From NCBI GenBank assembly GCA_963789265.1, contig CAWBKB010000001.1:2432001-2496000 (forward strand): a DNA stretch of 64,000 nucleotides, written 5' to 3'. A program made the translations under genes and the position numbers. Positions 17,593 through 27,402 of the stretch are shown one piece after another; the first letter of the stretch is position 1, and every line of letters begins with the position of its first letter. Origin of the DNA: an uncultured delta proteobacterium (GTDB lineage: Bacteria > Desulfobacterota > Desulfomonilia > Desulfomonilales > Desulfomonilaceae). Below the pieces are notes generated by a model, which saw nothing but the letters and a program-made list of their open reading frames with translations, did not search any database and was not told where the DNA came from.

Positions 17593-18384
17593 ATGGCCAC
17601 CCACCCTAAGTCCGAATCAGATGACAAATACATGGTACCCGCTGTGGAGCAGGCCCTACGCGTGCTGTTCCGCATGGCCCAGGCCGAATCAGCCCACATG
17701 AACTTGACTGAAATCTGCGACAAAGTGGGAATGCACAAAAGCACTGCGTTCTGCATCCTTCACACGCTCCGGAAGTACGGACTCGTTCAAACAGGCGGCA
17801 GGGGCAAAGGCTACACCCTTGGTCCGGGCTTGATCGGTCTTTCACGGAGATTCTTGGATACTCTCAGCGCCCCAAAGCTTGCCGAGCCGCTCCTGGCGGA
17901 ACTCGCGACAAAGACGGAGGCCACCGCAGCTCTTGGGCTGATAGCAGATAAAAGTGTCTTTGTGGCCGCTAAGAATGAAGGTGCGCGTGTGCTTGGTATC
18001 ACCATGCGAGTCGGTCATCGTTTCCCCCTTACCTACGGCTGCCACGGCAAAGCCATTGCGGCTTTCCTTTCAGAAAAGGAGCTCGCCGAACTGCTGGAGG
18101 ATGAAAAACTCTATTTTCATGGAAATCCGTCGCAGTTTGACAGGGATAAGCTCGACGAGGAAATTGTCAGATGCCGCCGGGACTGGTTCGCCGAGGACTT
18201 GGAGGAAACCACACCGGGACTCAATGCTGTGGCGGCCCCTGTTCTAGGCCCCAACGAACGACCTATCGGATATGTGGCGGTAATCGGGCTGTTGTCCCCA
18301 GACGCTGCTCGAAACAGCGGACCTTTGGTTGCAGAAGCGGGACAAACTCTGTCACGGCGGTTGGGTGCCGAGGTAGAGGAATGA
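17593..18384 (+). CDS. IclR-family transcriptional regulator (start uncertain)
   Basis: VPAVEQALRVL, HTH EICDKVGMHKSTAFCILHTL, GCHGKAIAAF, AVAAPV. Confidence 0.92.
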   Translation: MATHPKSESDDKYMVPAVEQALRVLFRMAQAESAHMNLTEICDKVGMHKSTAFCILHTLRKYGLVQTGGRGKGYTLGPGLIGLSRRFLDTLSAPKLAEPLLAELATKTEATAALGLIADKSVFVAAKNEGARVLGITMRVGHRFPLTYGCHGKAIAAFLSEKELAELLEDEKLYFHGNPSQFDRDKLDEEIVRCRRDWFAEDLEETTPGLNAVAAPVLGPNERPIGYVAVIGLLSPDAARNSGPLVAEAGQTLSRRLGAEVEE

Positions 18385-18459
18385 AGAGTTGATCGCGGAC
18401 CGCGGAGAATGTGGGCGGCCCCTGGCCGGGAACGCCTGCGTTTTACAGAGGGAGGAGGC

Positions 18460-20052
18460 ATGGCCAAGGGACTGATACTGAAGGAACTGAGCCGCTACCG
18501 GATAGATACGTATGCGGACATCATTTACCGGAATGCGCTCCTCAATGCAGATCGGGAGGCATTTGTATGCGGACGGGAAAGAATAACCTTTGGTCGGTAC
18601 AATCAACGAGTAAATAGCCTCGTCCACGCGCTTTACTCAATGGGGTTCTCAAAGGGTGACGGAATCGGCATCCTTTCCTGGAATTGCCTGGAATGCACAG
18701 ATATTAACGGCGCGGCCATGAAGGGCGGATTTGTCGTTTCCCCCTTTAATCCAAGGATGCAGACGAGGGAATTGGACCACATAATCAACTACTCCGAAGT
18801 GAGATTGCTTTTTGTGGGTCCCGAGCTTGTGGAGGAGGTGGAAAAACTTCGGCCGCATCTTCCCAATGTTCAACAGTATGTGTCTCTTGAAGGGTCCGCT
18901 GCGGGCATGGCTTCTTTCGGCGATCTAATTGAGTCGTTTCCTTCGGACGAGCCTGACGTGGACGTGAAAGAAGACGATAAATTCATCATATTTTACACGA
19001 GCGGGACCACAGGAACTCCCCGTGGAGCGGTCTATACCCATGGCCGCAAACTCCGAGAGGCAAAGAACAAGGCGCTCCAAGTGGGATTAACGCCCCAAAA
19101 GAAGCACGTGATGATCCTGCCTCTCTTTCATATCGGGGGCTGGTCCTATTTTTGGGCATTCTTCTATGTAGCGGCGAGCAATGTGATCATGCCCAAGGGA
19201 CCTTTCGATCCTCATGCCGCTCTTCAGACAATTGCGGACGAGCGAGCGACAGACCTTCATATCGTGCCGACCCACCTTGTGAGCATGCTGGCAACTCCCG
19301 ACATAGGCCGCCACGATCTCTCCAGCCTCGAGAGGATGTGGTATGCGGCCTCCCCCATGCCGACCGAATTGCTCCGCAAAGGAATCGCCATCTTCGGCGA
19401 TATCTTTGCCCAGGGGTACGGGCAGTCTGAGTCAGGTCCGGATATCGCCATCCTTTCAAAGGAATCGCACGGAGTTCTGGATAAGTCGCCTGAAGAGCAG
19501 AAGGTGTTGGCATCGTGCGGTCAACCCTGTACCGGCGTCCACGTCCGGGTCGTCGATGAGGGAGACAATGACGTAGAGCCCGGCACTGTAGGGGAAATCG
19601 TCGTACAGAGCGAATCGGCCATGATCGAATATTGGAAAATGCCCCGGGAAACACGCGACACCATAGTCGATGGATGGCTGCACACCGGGGACATGGGATA
19701 CTACGACGAAAAGGGCTTCATATACATCGTTGACAGAAAGAAGGACATGATCATCTCCGGAGGGGAGAATGTCTACCCCCGGGAAGTAGAGGAAATCTTA
19801 CACTGCCACCCCGCGGTCTTGGAGGCAGCGGTCATAGGCGTGCCGGATGACAAGTGGGTGGAAAGGGTTCACGCTGTGATCAGGTTGAAGGACGGGCATA
19901 AGGCAAGCTCGGATGCAATCATAGCGTTCTGCAAGGATAATCTCGCCCGGTACAAGGCACCAAAGTCCGTAGATTTTGTCGAATCCTTGCCCAAGAACCC
20001 CGCCGGCAAGATCCTGAAAAGGGAACTGCGGAAGAAATATCAGGAAGAATAA
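18460..20052 (+). CDS. Acyl/aryl-CoA ligase (ANL adenylation family)
   Basis: YTSGTTGTPRG, GYGQSE, WLHTGD, DRKKDMIISGGENVYP, PAGKILK; RBS GGAGGAGG before ATG 18460. Confidence 0.92.
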   Translation: MAKGLILKELSRYRIDTYADIIYRNALLNADREAFVCGRERITFGRYNQRVNSLVHALYSMGFSKGDGIGILSWNCLECTDINGAAMKGGFVVSPFNPRMQTRELDHIINYSEVRLLFVGPELVEEVEKLRPHLPNVQQYVSLEGSAAGMASFGDLIESFPSDEPDVDVKEDDKFIIFYTSGTTGTPRGAVYTHGRKLREAKNKALQVGLTPQKKHVMILPLFHIGGWSYFWAFFYVAASNVIMPKGPFDPHAALQTIADERATDLHIVPTHLVSMLATPDIGRHDLSSLERMWYAASPMPTELLRKGIAIFGDIFAQGYGQSESGPDIAILSKESHGVLDKSPEEQKVLASCGQPCTGVHVRVVDEGDNDVEPGTVGEIVVQSESAMIEYWKMPRETRDTIVDGWLHTGDMGYYDEKGFIYIVDRKKDMIISGGENVYPREVEEILHCHPAVLEAAVIGVPDDKWVERVHAVIRLKDGHKASSDAIIAFCKDNLARYKAPKSVDFVESLPKNPAGKILKRELRKKYQEE

Positions 20053-20176
20053 AGAAGGAGGGACATGGTGAAGGCGATTCGCCTATAGGTGTTAAGAGAA
20101 GTGTGCATCATTAGCCTAAGAATCCCCCTCACCCTGTCCTCTCCCGCTAATGGGTGGTAGGGGCGGGTTTGAAACC

Positions 20177-20350
20177 CAATGCTGTTGACTTAAGCCGCAT
20201 GCCTCTTGTCCAGGAGCTTTTCCTTCGACGGGCCTTCACCTCGTCATTCCGGCGGAGGCCGGAATCCAGGTTTTCCTAATCTCCCCTGGACCCCGGCCTT
20301 CGCCGGGGTGACGGTGGGGTAGACGGAGGTCCCTTAAGTCAACAGCATTG
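20177..20350. mobile_element. 174-bp IS4-like MITE inserted into a GTAG REP
   Basis: Perfect 18-bp IR CAATGCTGTTGACTTAAG / CTTAAGTCAACAGCATTG, flanked by an 11-bp direct repeat GGTTTGAAACC (20166-20176, 20351-20361). Confidence 0.85.
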
Positions 20351-20911
20351 GGTTTGAAACCCGCCCCTACAGGTTCTCCTCCCTTGATGGGAGGGGGAAG
20401 AGGGAGGGCGACAACTGGGTTAAATTGCGCACTGGTTTTTGTCATTTTAATGCTGGGCAAAATATCCATCTCACTATCGGTGTATTTGCAAAAGGAAGCA
20501 CTAAATATAGTGATTCTCAAAAGTAATCACTGAGAAGGAATGATTTGGTGGCGACATCCGCCGCGAAACGCGGGGCTGCCCGTCCATCAGCGACAGGCTG
20601 TCCCGGGCCTCGCGGGACTGTTTCACCAGTCTTAATTTGGGGCCTACGGACTTGCGTATTATGACGATACTTTCGGGAACCGTTCTGAATACCAGCGCGC
20701 GATCCAAGGGTGAACAATCAAGGAAGTACAGCACGGATCTGACAAAACCTCCCGCGGGACGCGGGATAGCACCCAGGACCGATCTTGACAGGATGTTGGG
20801 TGCCACTGACCTGAGCCATCATGGCGCCAGGTCAGTGCCGTTTGCTATTGGAGCATTCTCACTCGTTTGAAAGCGAATCAGTATAAACGACCATTGATTG
20901 GGAGAAGAGGA

Positions 20912-21460
20912 ATGGCAGCAGGCAAGGCAGCTCGTGACGCGACAAGTGCATCTATAACCCGCCGCGTAGGCTTTTCAGTTAATGGGGAGTCCTACCAGTT
21001 CAATGTGGGAGGCGACACCGGCGAAATCTCCCCGGCTCACACACTGGCCCGAACGCTCAGGGAGACCATCGGCCTTACGGGGACCAAAATTTCGTGCGAT
21101 AGCGGCGCATGCGGAGCTTGTGCCGTGATCATGGACGGAAAGGCCGTCCTTTCCTGTAAGGTCCTGACGGTCGAGTGCGATGGAAAGACAATAACAACAA
21201 TCGAAGGTCTCCGGGATGCAAAAACAGGGGCACTCGATCCGCTTCAGCAGGCGTTTATCGACCACAACGCGTTTCAGTGCGGTTACTGCACGCCGGGGAT
21301 GATCATGACTGCGAAGGCATTTCTCCAAGAAAACCGGCACCCCACGGAAGAAGAGATAAAAGAGGCACTTTCAGGCAACTTCTGCCGGTGCATAAGCCAC
21401 TACCAGGTTATCAGGGCTGTCATGGCCGTGGTAGAAAAGAGAAGCAATCATGGGCAATGA
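20912..21460 (+). CDS. Xanthine dehydrogenase-family [2Fe-2S] subunit (CoxS/HcrC-like)
   Basis: GTKISCDSGACGAC...C and QCGYCTPG...GNFCRC. Confidence 0.93.
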   Translation: MAAGKAARDATSASITRRVGFSVNGESYQFNVGGDTGEISPAHTLARTLRETIGLTGTKISCDSGACGACAVIMDGKAVLSCKVLTVECDGKTITTIEGLRDAKTGALDPLQQAFIDHNAFQCGYCTPGMIMTAKAFLQENRHPTEEEIKEALSGNFCRCISHYQVIRAVMAVVEKRSNHGQ

Positions 21461-23747
21461 TTACAGATACGTTGGGAAACCATTGCCCCGGAGGGATGCT
21501 GCGGAGATCGTCACTGGCACCGCTCTGTTCCTTGACGATCTGAAATTTCAGAATCTCCTCCACGGTAAGGTCCTGAGAAGCCCTCACGCTCATGCACTTC
21601 TTAAGAGGATCGACAAGAGCAAGGCTGAGGCGCTGCCGGGCGTGAAGGCCGTGCTCACCTGGGAAGATGTTCCTGATTGGAGGGGCGGCACTCCTCGCAA
21701 ACTACGCATCCTGGACAAACAAGTCAGGTACGTGGGTGACGCTGTGGCCCTCGTCGCGGCAACTACCGAGGAAATCGCGGAAGAAGCCCTGGATCTTGTC
21801 GAGGTGGACTATGAAGTCCTGCCCGCGGTCCTGGACATAGAGTCAGCCCTCAAACCGGATGCTCCGCTTGTTCACCATGAATTCCCCGGCAATATCATAC
21901 CTGCCGGAAATCCGCTTTTCGGGCCCAACTGCCTAAAAGGTGTCGTGACAGGGGAGGTGGAAAAAGGATTCGCGGACGCGGACGTCATTGCGGACGGCAC
22001 CTTCGGTTACGAGAGCATTCCGAACGCCCTCCCCCCTGAATCCGTAGGTGCAGTGGCCCTATGGGAGGAGCCGAACAAGGTCACCGTTTGGGGCACCAGC
22101 CAAGCGCCCTACATGGACAAGGTGATCCTTTCCCATGTTCTCAACCGGCAAGTAGAAGTAAGAATTATCGGGAATCACGTGGGCGGCAGTTTCGGGACAA
22201 AGCTCATGTGCTGGCAGGTCCAGACCTACGCCATACTTCTGAGCAGGTCTACAGGGAAGCCGGTAAAGGTCATGTTCACAAAAGAAGAGCACATGGCCGC
22301 CTTCACCCTGCGGGTCGGCTCGAGGATTCATGGCAAGGTAGGTATGAAAAAGGACGGCACATTAACTGCTATACAGGGCACATGGTATGTTGACTCCGGC
22401 TACTATTCGTTTACTACCCAGGCCCAGGTCGCTGTGGGATCCGGTGAGATCATGATCATGGCGCAGTGCCCCAACTGGGACCTGAAGAACGTAATAGTGG
22501 CCACAAACCGCAACGCCTCAGGGAGCACAAGGGGCTTCGGCGGCCAAGAATTGAAGTGCTCGTTTATCCCGCTCCTGAGTCTTGCCATGGAAAAAGCAGA
22601 TCTCGATCCATTCGAAGTGCTCAAAAAGAACTTTGTCAAGCCTGGCGGGGAATACTTCTGGCGGGATGGCGCCCGGTATCGGTACCGGGGCATCGACTAT
22701 TCCAAGGCAATGGACAAAGGCGCGGAACGATTTGGCTGGAAAGAGAAATGGAAAGGTTGGCTGACACCGACCGCGGTAAAAGGAACCAAACGGACCGGGA
22801 TTGGGGTGGGTGTCCACGGAAACGCGGATGTGGGCGAAGACGTGGCAGAGGCGTACGTGCAGCTCGACTATAACGGCACGGCCACAATCTTTGTCTGTGC
22901 AGCAGAGCACGGCACCGGTCAGAAGAGCAACTACGCCAGGATGGCAGCCGAAGTGCTTCAGATACCGCCGGATCGGATCGCCATGAGCCCTGCGGATTCG
23001 CTGGTAACACCCTTTGAGTTCGGACCGGTAGGCTCCAGAGGGACTTATGCCATTGCGAGTGCCGTGATCAACGCAGCAGAAGATGCGAAGAGAAGACTCT
23101 TGGAGTTCGCGGCCCCGAAACTGGAAGCAGACCCCCAAGATTTGGAGACTGCGGACGGGGTCATTTTTGTCAAAGGGCATCCGGAAAAGAGCGTGAAATG
23201 GAGAACATTGGGAACCGACCGGACTGTACTTGGATACGGGCGCTTTGAACCGGATTTCACCCTGTGCAATTGCATGATGAGCTTTGTCGAAGTCGAGGTG
23301 GACACAGAGACCGGAAAGGTGGCCTTGCTGCGCGTGGTGCTCGCCACTGATGTCGGCCGGATCATAGACCCGCTGGGACTCGAAGGCCAGCTTAACGGAT
23401 GTATCGGTTCCGCGGGCATCGACAGTGCCATCTTTGAAGAGACAATAGTCAATCCACGCTCGGGACACATACTCAATGCTAACCTGATCGACTACAAGTG
23501 GCGGACCTTTGCGGAGCTTCCGGTCATGGAGCATGTAGTGCTCGAGACGCCGATGCCCACCCATCGCTTTCAAGCGATTGGCGTCGGGGAAATAGCAACA
23601 TCTCCGGGGCCTTCTGCGGTGCTCATGGCTGTTTCGAATGCCGTGGGTCGCTGGATTCATGAGTACCCGGTCACTCCTGACAGGGTGCTCCAGGCCATGG
23701 GCAAGATCGACAATGCGAAAAGAGAGGCACAAGATGAGGTGGTTTGA
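21450..23747 (+). CDS. Xanthine dehydrogenase-family molybdopterin-binding subunit (CoxL/HcrA-like)
   Basis: RSPHAHA, VGGSFGTK, RGFGG, EHGTGQ, VGSRGT, GVGE. Confidence 0.93.
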   Translation: MGNDYRYVGKPLPRRDAAEIVTGTALFLDDLKFQNLLHGKVLRSPHAHALLKRIDKSKAEALPGVKAVLTWEDVPDWRGGTPRKLRILDKQVRYVGDAVALVAATTEEIAEEALDLVEVDYEVLPAVLDIESALKPDAPLVHHEFPGNIIPAGNPLFGPNCLKGVVTGEVEKGFADADVIADGTFGYESIPNALPPESVGAVALWEEPNKVTVWGTSQAPYMDKVILSHVLNRQVEVRIIGNHVGGSFGTKLMCWQVQTYAILLSRSTGKPVKVMFTKEEHMAAFTLRVGSRIHGKVGMKKDGTLTAIQGTWYVDSGYYSFTTQAQVAVGSGEIMIMAQCPNWDLKNVIVATNRNASGSTRGFGGQELKCSFIPLLSLAMEKADLDPFEVLKKNFVKPGGEYFWRDGARYRYRGIDYSKAMDKGAERFGWKEKWKGWLTPTAVKGTKRTGIGVGVHGNADVGEDVAEAYVQLDYNGTATIFVCAAEHGTGQKSNYARMAAEVLQIPPDRIAMSPADSLVTPFEFGPVGSRGTYAIASAVINAAEDAKRRLLEFAAPKLEADPQDLETADGVIFVKGHPEKSVKWRTLGTDRTVLGYGRFEPDFTLCNCMMSFVEVEVDTETGKVALLRVVLATDVGRIIDPLGLEGQLNGCIGSAGIDSAIFEETIVNPRSGHILNANLIDYKWRTFAELPVMEHVVLETPMPTHRFQAIGVGEIATSPGPSAVLMAVSNAVGRWIHEYPVTPDRVLQAMGKIDNAKREAQDEVV

Positions 23748-24744
23748 GCACCATAATGCACGGTCGATCGACGAAGCAGTTGGTCTCCTGACCGACTATG
23801 AAGGAAAAGCAAGGGTCATTGCAGGAGGCACCGATCTTTTGGGCGCTTTGAAGGACGGGGTTTTTTCTGAATACCCGGAAGCGGTGATCAACATAAAGAC
23901 CGTTAAGGACCTCGATTATATCAGGAACGATCAAAAAAGCCTCACCATAGGCGCGCTTGCGAAATTAGTGGATATCGCCAGATCCCCGGCAGTGCAAGCA
24001 GAATACAAGCTGCTTGCAGACGCAGCCTACTCTGTCGGTACTCCCCATATTCGTAACATGGCCACTATCGGGGGCAACCTTGGCCAGGATGTTCGCTGCT
24101 GGTTTTACAGGTATCCTCGCAACATCGGCGGACCTATTGCCTGCCTGCGCAAAGGCGGCAAGGTTTGCAGCGCCCTGGCCGGCGACAACCGGTACCATTC
24201 GATATTCGGCCCTGCCCGCCTCACTGGCGTATCCTCCGGCCCGGGAAAAGTCAGAAAAGGGTGCTATGCCGTGGGGCCGTCGGATATAGCAGTTGCCCTC
24301 GTGGCCCTGGATGCCCGCATAGTCACAACAACCCGGAGTCTCTCTGCGGAACGGTTTTTCACGGCCACAGCGACCAATTCTACTGTCCTGGCAGCGGATG
24401 AGCTGATAACAGAGATTCAAATACCAAAGCCGCCGGCCGGAGTGAGACAGAGATATGACAAATTCACACTCCGAAAACCGATCGACTTCGCTGTTGTAAG
24501 CGTGGCATCGGTCTTAACGGTGGAAAATGGGATATGCAAAGACGCGCGGATTGTGCTCGGCGCAGTAGCGCCTGAGCCGCTGAGGGCGCAAAACGCGGAA
24601 GAGGTGCTAAGAGGCCGGATCGTCGATGAGAAAATTGCCGCGAAGGCAGCACAGGCCGCCCTCTCGGGCGCGAAGCCTCTGAAAATGAACGCTTACAAGG
24701 TGGAAATCGCGAAGGCCCTCGTGAGGCGAGCAATATTGGGCTGA
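23734..24744 (+). CDS. Xanthine dehydrogenase-family FAD subunit with a four-Cys insert (HcrB/PaoB-like)
   Basis: AGGTDL, IRNMATIGGNL, RCWFYR...CLRKGGKVC...GCYAVGPSD. Confidence 0.9.
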   Translation: MRWFEHHNARSIDEAVGLLTDYEGKARVIAGGTDLLGALKDGVFSEYPEAVINIKTVKDLDYIRNDQKSLTIGALAKLVDIARSPAVQAEYKLLADAAYSVGTPHIRNMATIGGNLGQDVRCWFYRYPRNIGGPIACLRKGGKVCSALAGDNRYHSIFGPARLTGVSSGPGKVRKGCYAVGPSDIAVALVALDARIVTTTRSLSAERFFTATATNSTVLAADELITEIQIPKPPAGVRQRYDKFTLRKPIDFAVVSVASVLTVENGICKDARIVLGAVAPEPLRAQNAEEVLRGRIVDEKIAAKAAQAALSGAKPLKMNAYKVEIAKALVRRAILG

Positions 24745-24968
24745 TGAAATGGTGCCTGGAGCGAAAAGAGGAATGTCCAGTTTTTTGTATTCGTCTGCGG
24801 CTGGCCGTGGGCTGAGGTCTGCATTAAGGGCTCATTCATTGGGCGAGCGGTGTTATGCTGCCGGCGCTCGATCCCGTGCGGGTCACACCGACGGATTGAA
24901 GGCCGAAAAGAGGTTCGTCTCCTTTTCCTCATTACCGGTTATGCTAGGTTAGTGCTAAAATTGTCCCC

Positions 24969-26699
24969 ATGCCCGTGGCGGCGAACCGTCGGCGCATAAT
25001 CCCGAAACTCGGCATCCCGACATTTCTAGGACAGACAAAAAGACCTCTTGCGAAGGGACTTCCTTTGAAGCAATTGGCCCCGAGAACCTTCAGGTTGAGT
25101 GTTGTAGCTGCCAATCTTTTGACAAACGCGCTTGGAGCAGGGCTAACCTTTTTCTATTTCACGTTTATTGAATCAGGCCTCTGGCGGCAGCGGACCGAAC
25201 TGAACACAAGAACCGAAACCTTGCTTTTTTTGTGTGTAATGATCGTAGTCTTCGCGACGCTCTGTGCGTTATCTATAACCTATTACAAGCCGCTGTGGAA
25301 CAGCCTCTTAAAGAACTTGGACGAATTGAAACCTGATCGTGCCAAGGCTCTGGCAGGCAGGTTTCTGGATGTCCCGTTTGTCTCTGCGATGCTCAGCCTT
25401 GCGGGATGGCTTTCCGCCGCACTCTTATATGTTCTCATTCCCAGGGTATGGTCCGGAGTTGAGTGGGGTATTTGGCATCACTCGTCCCATATCGTTTTCG
25501 GAATCATTTTCGTCGGCGCTCCTATCACTGCGCTATTCACTTATTTTCTATTGGAATGGATAGTGAGAAGCCGACTTCAATCGTTCTTCCATTCTGATGT
25601 GCTGCTCGCCGTTCCAAGATCCATCCGCGTAAATGTGTTGTCAAAGGTGATAATCGTCTCGCTAGTGATAGGCACGCTGCCGGTCACAATAATTAGTTAC
25701 GTGGTGCTAAGCCAGATCCACCAGATCCAGGCGGGGTCTCAAGACATCGGAAGCTTTCTCCGACATATTCCGCTCGTCATTGCTTTCCTCCTCACTTTGG
25801 CCGTTCTTGTTGCGGTGGGTCTGTCAATACATTTGGCCAAAAGCCTGTCTGAGCCGCTACGTCAAATAAGCGCGGGTATGGAGCGAATCCGACAAGGAGA
25901 GCTTGAGCTCACCATGCCCGTGATGTCCAACGACGAGATCGGCGTGATGGCTGAAGGTTTTAATCGCATGGCCGCGGGATTGAGGGAGCGGGATTTCATA
26001 AAAGATACCTTCGGATCTTACCTCAGCCCGGAAGTTGTGTCGGAAATCCTTGAATCTCCGGCCGGGATCCATCTTGGCGGAGAGTTGCGGGAAGTCACAA
26101 TCCTGGTGTCGGATCTGCGGGGATTCACCTCGCTGACCGCGTCACTGCCGCCGGAAGTCGTGGTAAGAATCTTAAACCGGTTTCTGGAGAAAATGGTTGA
26201 TATAATTATCAGGCACGGCGGAACCATAGACGAGTTCACCGGAGATGGAATCCTCGCATTTTTCGGTGCGCCCCGACTGATGACCGATGCCACATCCAGG
26301 GCGGTCCGGTGCGCCGTTGATATGCAACGGGCAATGCCCGAACTTAACAGGACATTGCAGGGTAATCCGGCAGTGGCGGACTGCCGCGAGGACGGACTCG
26401 TAGTTGCGGAACCTCAGAGTGTAGCGATGCCCCCCCCTTCCCTCGGCATGGGAATAGGAATTAGCAAAGGTAGTCTAATCGTCGGTAACATAGGCTGCGA
26501 CAAGCGAAAGAAATATGGTGCAGTAGGCACGCCCATCAATCTGGCCTTTCGGCTTGAAGATAAGGCAAGAGCCGGCGAGATCTTCGTAACCGAAGAGGTG
26601 TACTCAAGTGTCAGGGACATATTCAGGGCCGACCGCAAGTCGGGAGTTGAACTGAAGGGGATCGATCATCCGCTTATGCTTTACAGTGTTGTTGTCTGA
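24969..26699 (+). CDS. Membrane-bound class III nucleotidyl cyclase with HAMP domain (start uncertain)
   Basis: About six TM helices, HAMP NDEIGVMAEGFNRM, ILVSDLRGFT, FTGDG, VGNIG, INLAFRLE. Confidence 0.9.
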   Translation: MPVAANRRRIIPKLGIPTFLGQTKRPLAKGLPLKQLAPRTFRLSVVAANLLTNALGAGLTFFYFTFIESGLWRQRTELNTRTETLLFLCVMIVVFATLCALSITYYKPLWNSLLKNLDELKPDRAKALAGRFLDVPFVSAMLSLAGWLSAALLYVLIPRVWSGVEWGIWHHSSHIVFGIIFVGAPITALFTYFLLEWIVRSRLQSFFHSDVLLAVPRSIRVNVLSKVIIVSLVIGTLPVTIISYVVLSQIHQIQAGSQDIGSFLRHIPLVIAFLLTLAVLVAVGLSIHLAKSLSEPLRQISAGMERIRQGELELTMPVMSNDEIGVMAEGFNRMAAGLRERDFIKDTFGSYLSPEVVSEILESPAGIHLGGELREVTILVSDLRGFTSLTASLPPEVVVRILNRFLEKMVDIIIRHGGTIDEFTGDGILAFFGAPRLMTDATSRAVRCAVDMQRAMPELNRTLQGNPAVADCREDGLVVAEPQSVAMPPPSLGMGIGISKGSLIVGNIGCDKRKKYGAVGTPINLAFRLEDKARAGEIFVTEEVYSSVRDIFRADRKSGVELKGIDHPLMLYSVVV

Positions 26700-26750
26700 C
26701 AGTTCCGTATCCTTTCAGTTATCCGGCGTCTTCGATCTGTTCCGACCGGT

Positions 26751-26835
26751 GTCATTGCGAGCGAAGCGAAGCAATCTCGTTTTTGGAGAGAGCCCAGAAC
26801 CGAGATTGCTTCGTCGCTTTGCTCCTCGCAATGAC
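26751..26835. repeat. GTCATTGCGAG...CTCGCAATGAC-family palindromic repeat
   Basis: Complete inverted pair. The family recurs at 33421-33660, near 40977-41054 and at 49541-49617. Confidence 0.8.
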
Positions 26836-26950
26836 AATTTCCCGTCCAAAAGTGAATGATTACACGGTTGCTGGAAGCGTCGTTGACAAATAGTCTTGCA
26901 TCTGAAAAAATGCTCACAATTGTATAAAACTTGTTTTGGGAGGGAATGAA

Positions 26951-27238
26951 ATGCCTAGTTACATTATTCTAAGCCGCGTGTCACCCAACGCATTCACGCA
27001 CCCGAAAGATTTTGTTAAGTTGGCCCAAACCGTATCCGAGCAAATAAAAAAAGAATGTCCGGCTGTAACCTGGAAGCACAGTTACGCCACTATGGGGCGA
27101 TTCGACGTGGTGGACATCGTAGAATCGGAGGATCCCAAACAGGTGGCAAGAGCCGCGATGATAATTCGAGCGTACGGTAAAAGTGAAACCGAGACATTAT
27201 CTGCGATGCCGTGGGATGACTTCCTGAAGATTCTGTGA
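26951..27238 (+). CDS. GYD-domain protein
   Basis: MPSYIILSR...YATMGRFDVVDIVE...ETLSA; RBS GGAGG. Confidence 0.85.
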   Translation: MPSYIILSRVSPNAFTHPKDFVKLAQTVSEQIKKECPAVTWKHSYATMGRFDVVDIVESEDPKQVARAAMIIRAYGKSETETLSAMPWDDFLKIL

Positions 27239-27402
27239 TCGTCAACCGGAAACCTGGCAAGACGCAGAGCGGCAACAAATATGGACTGGAGTGGATACTT
27301 ATGTCCGCGTTCTAATGGCGGGACCGCATCTGACATTTCTGCCAGATAGCAGATGCCCAGAACAATGTCTCTATTGAACAGAAAATGTCGGAAAAGGTCC
27401 AG

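Noticed and set aside
20236..20520. Short ORFs such as ...WIPASAGMTR, PTLSQRERE and CHCEEQSDEAIS
   Set aside because: These are translations of palindromic repeat families, not genes.
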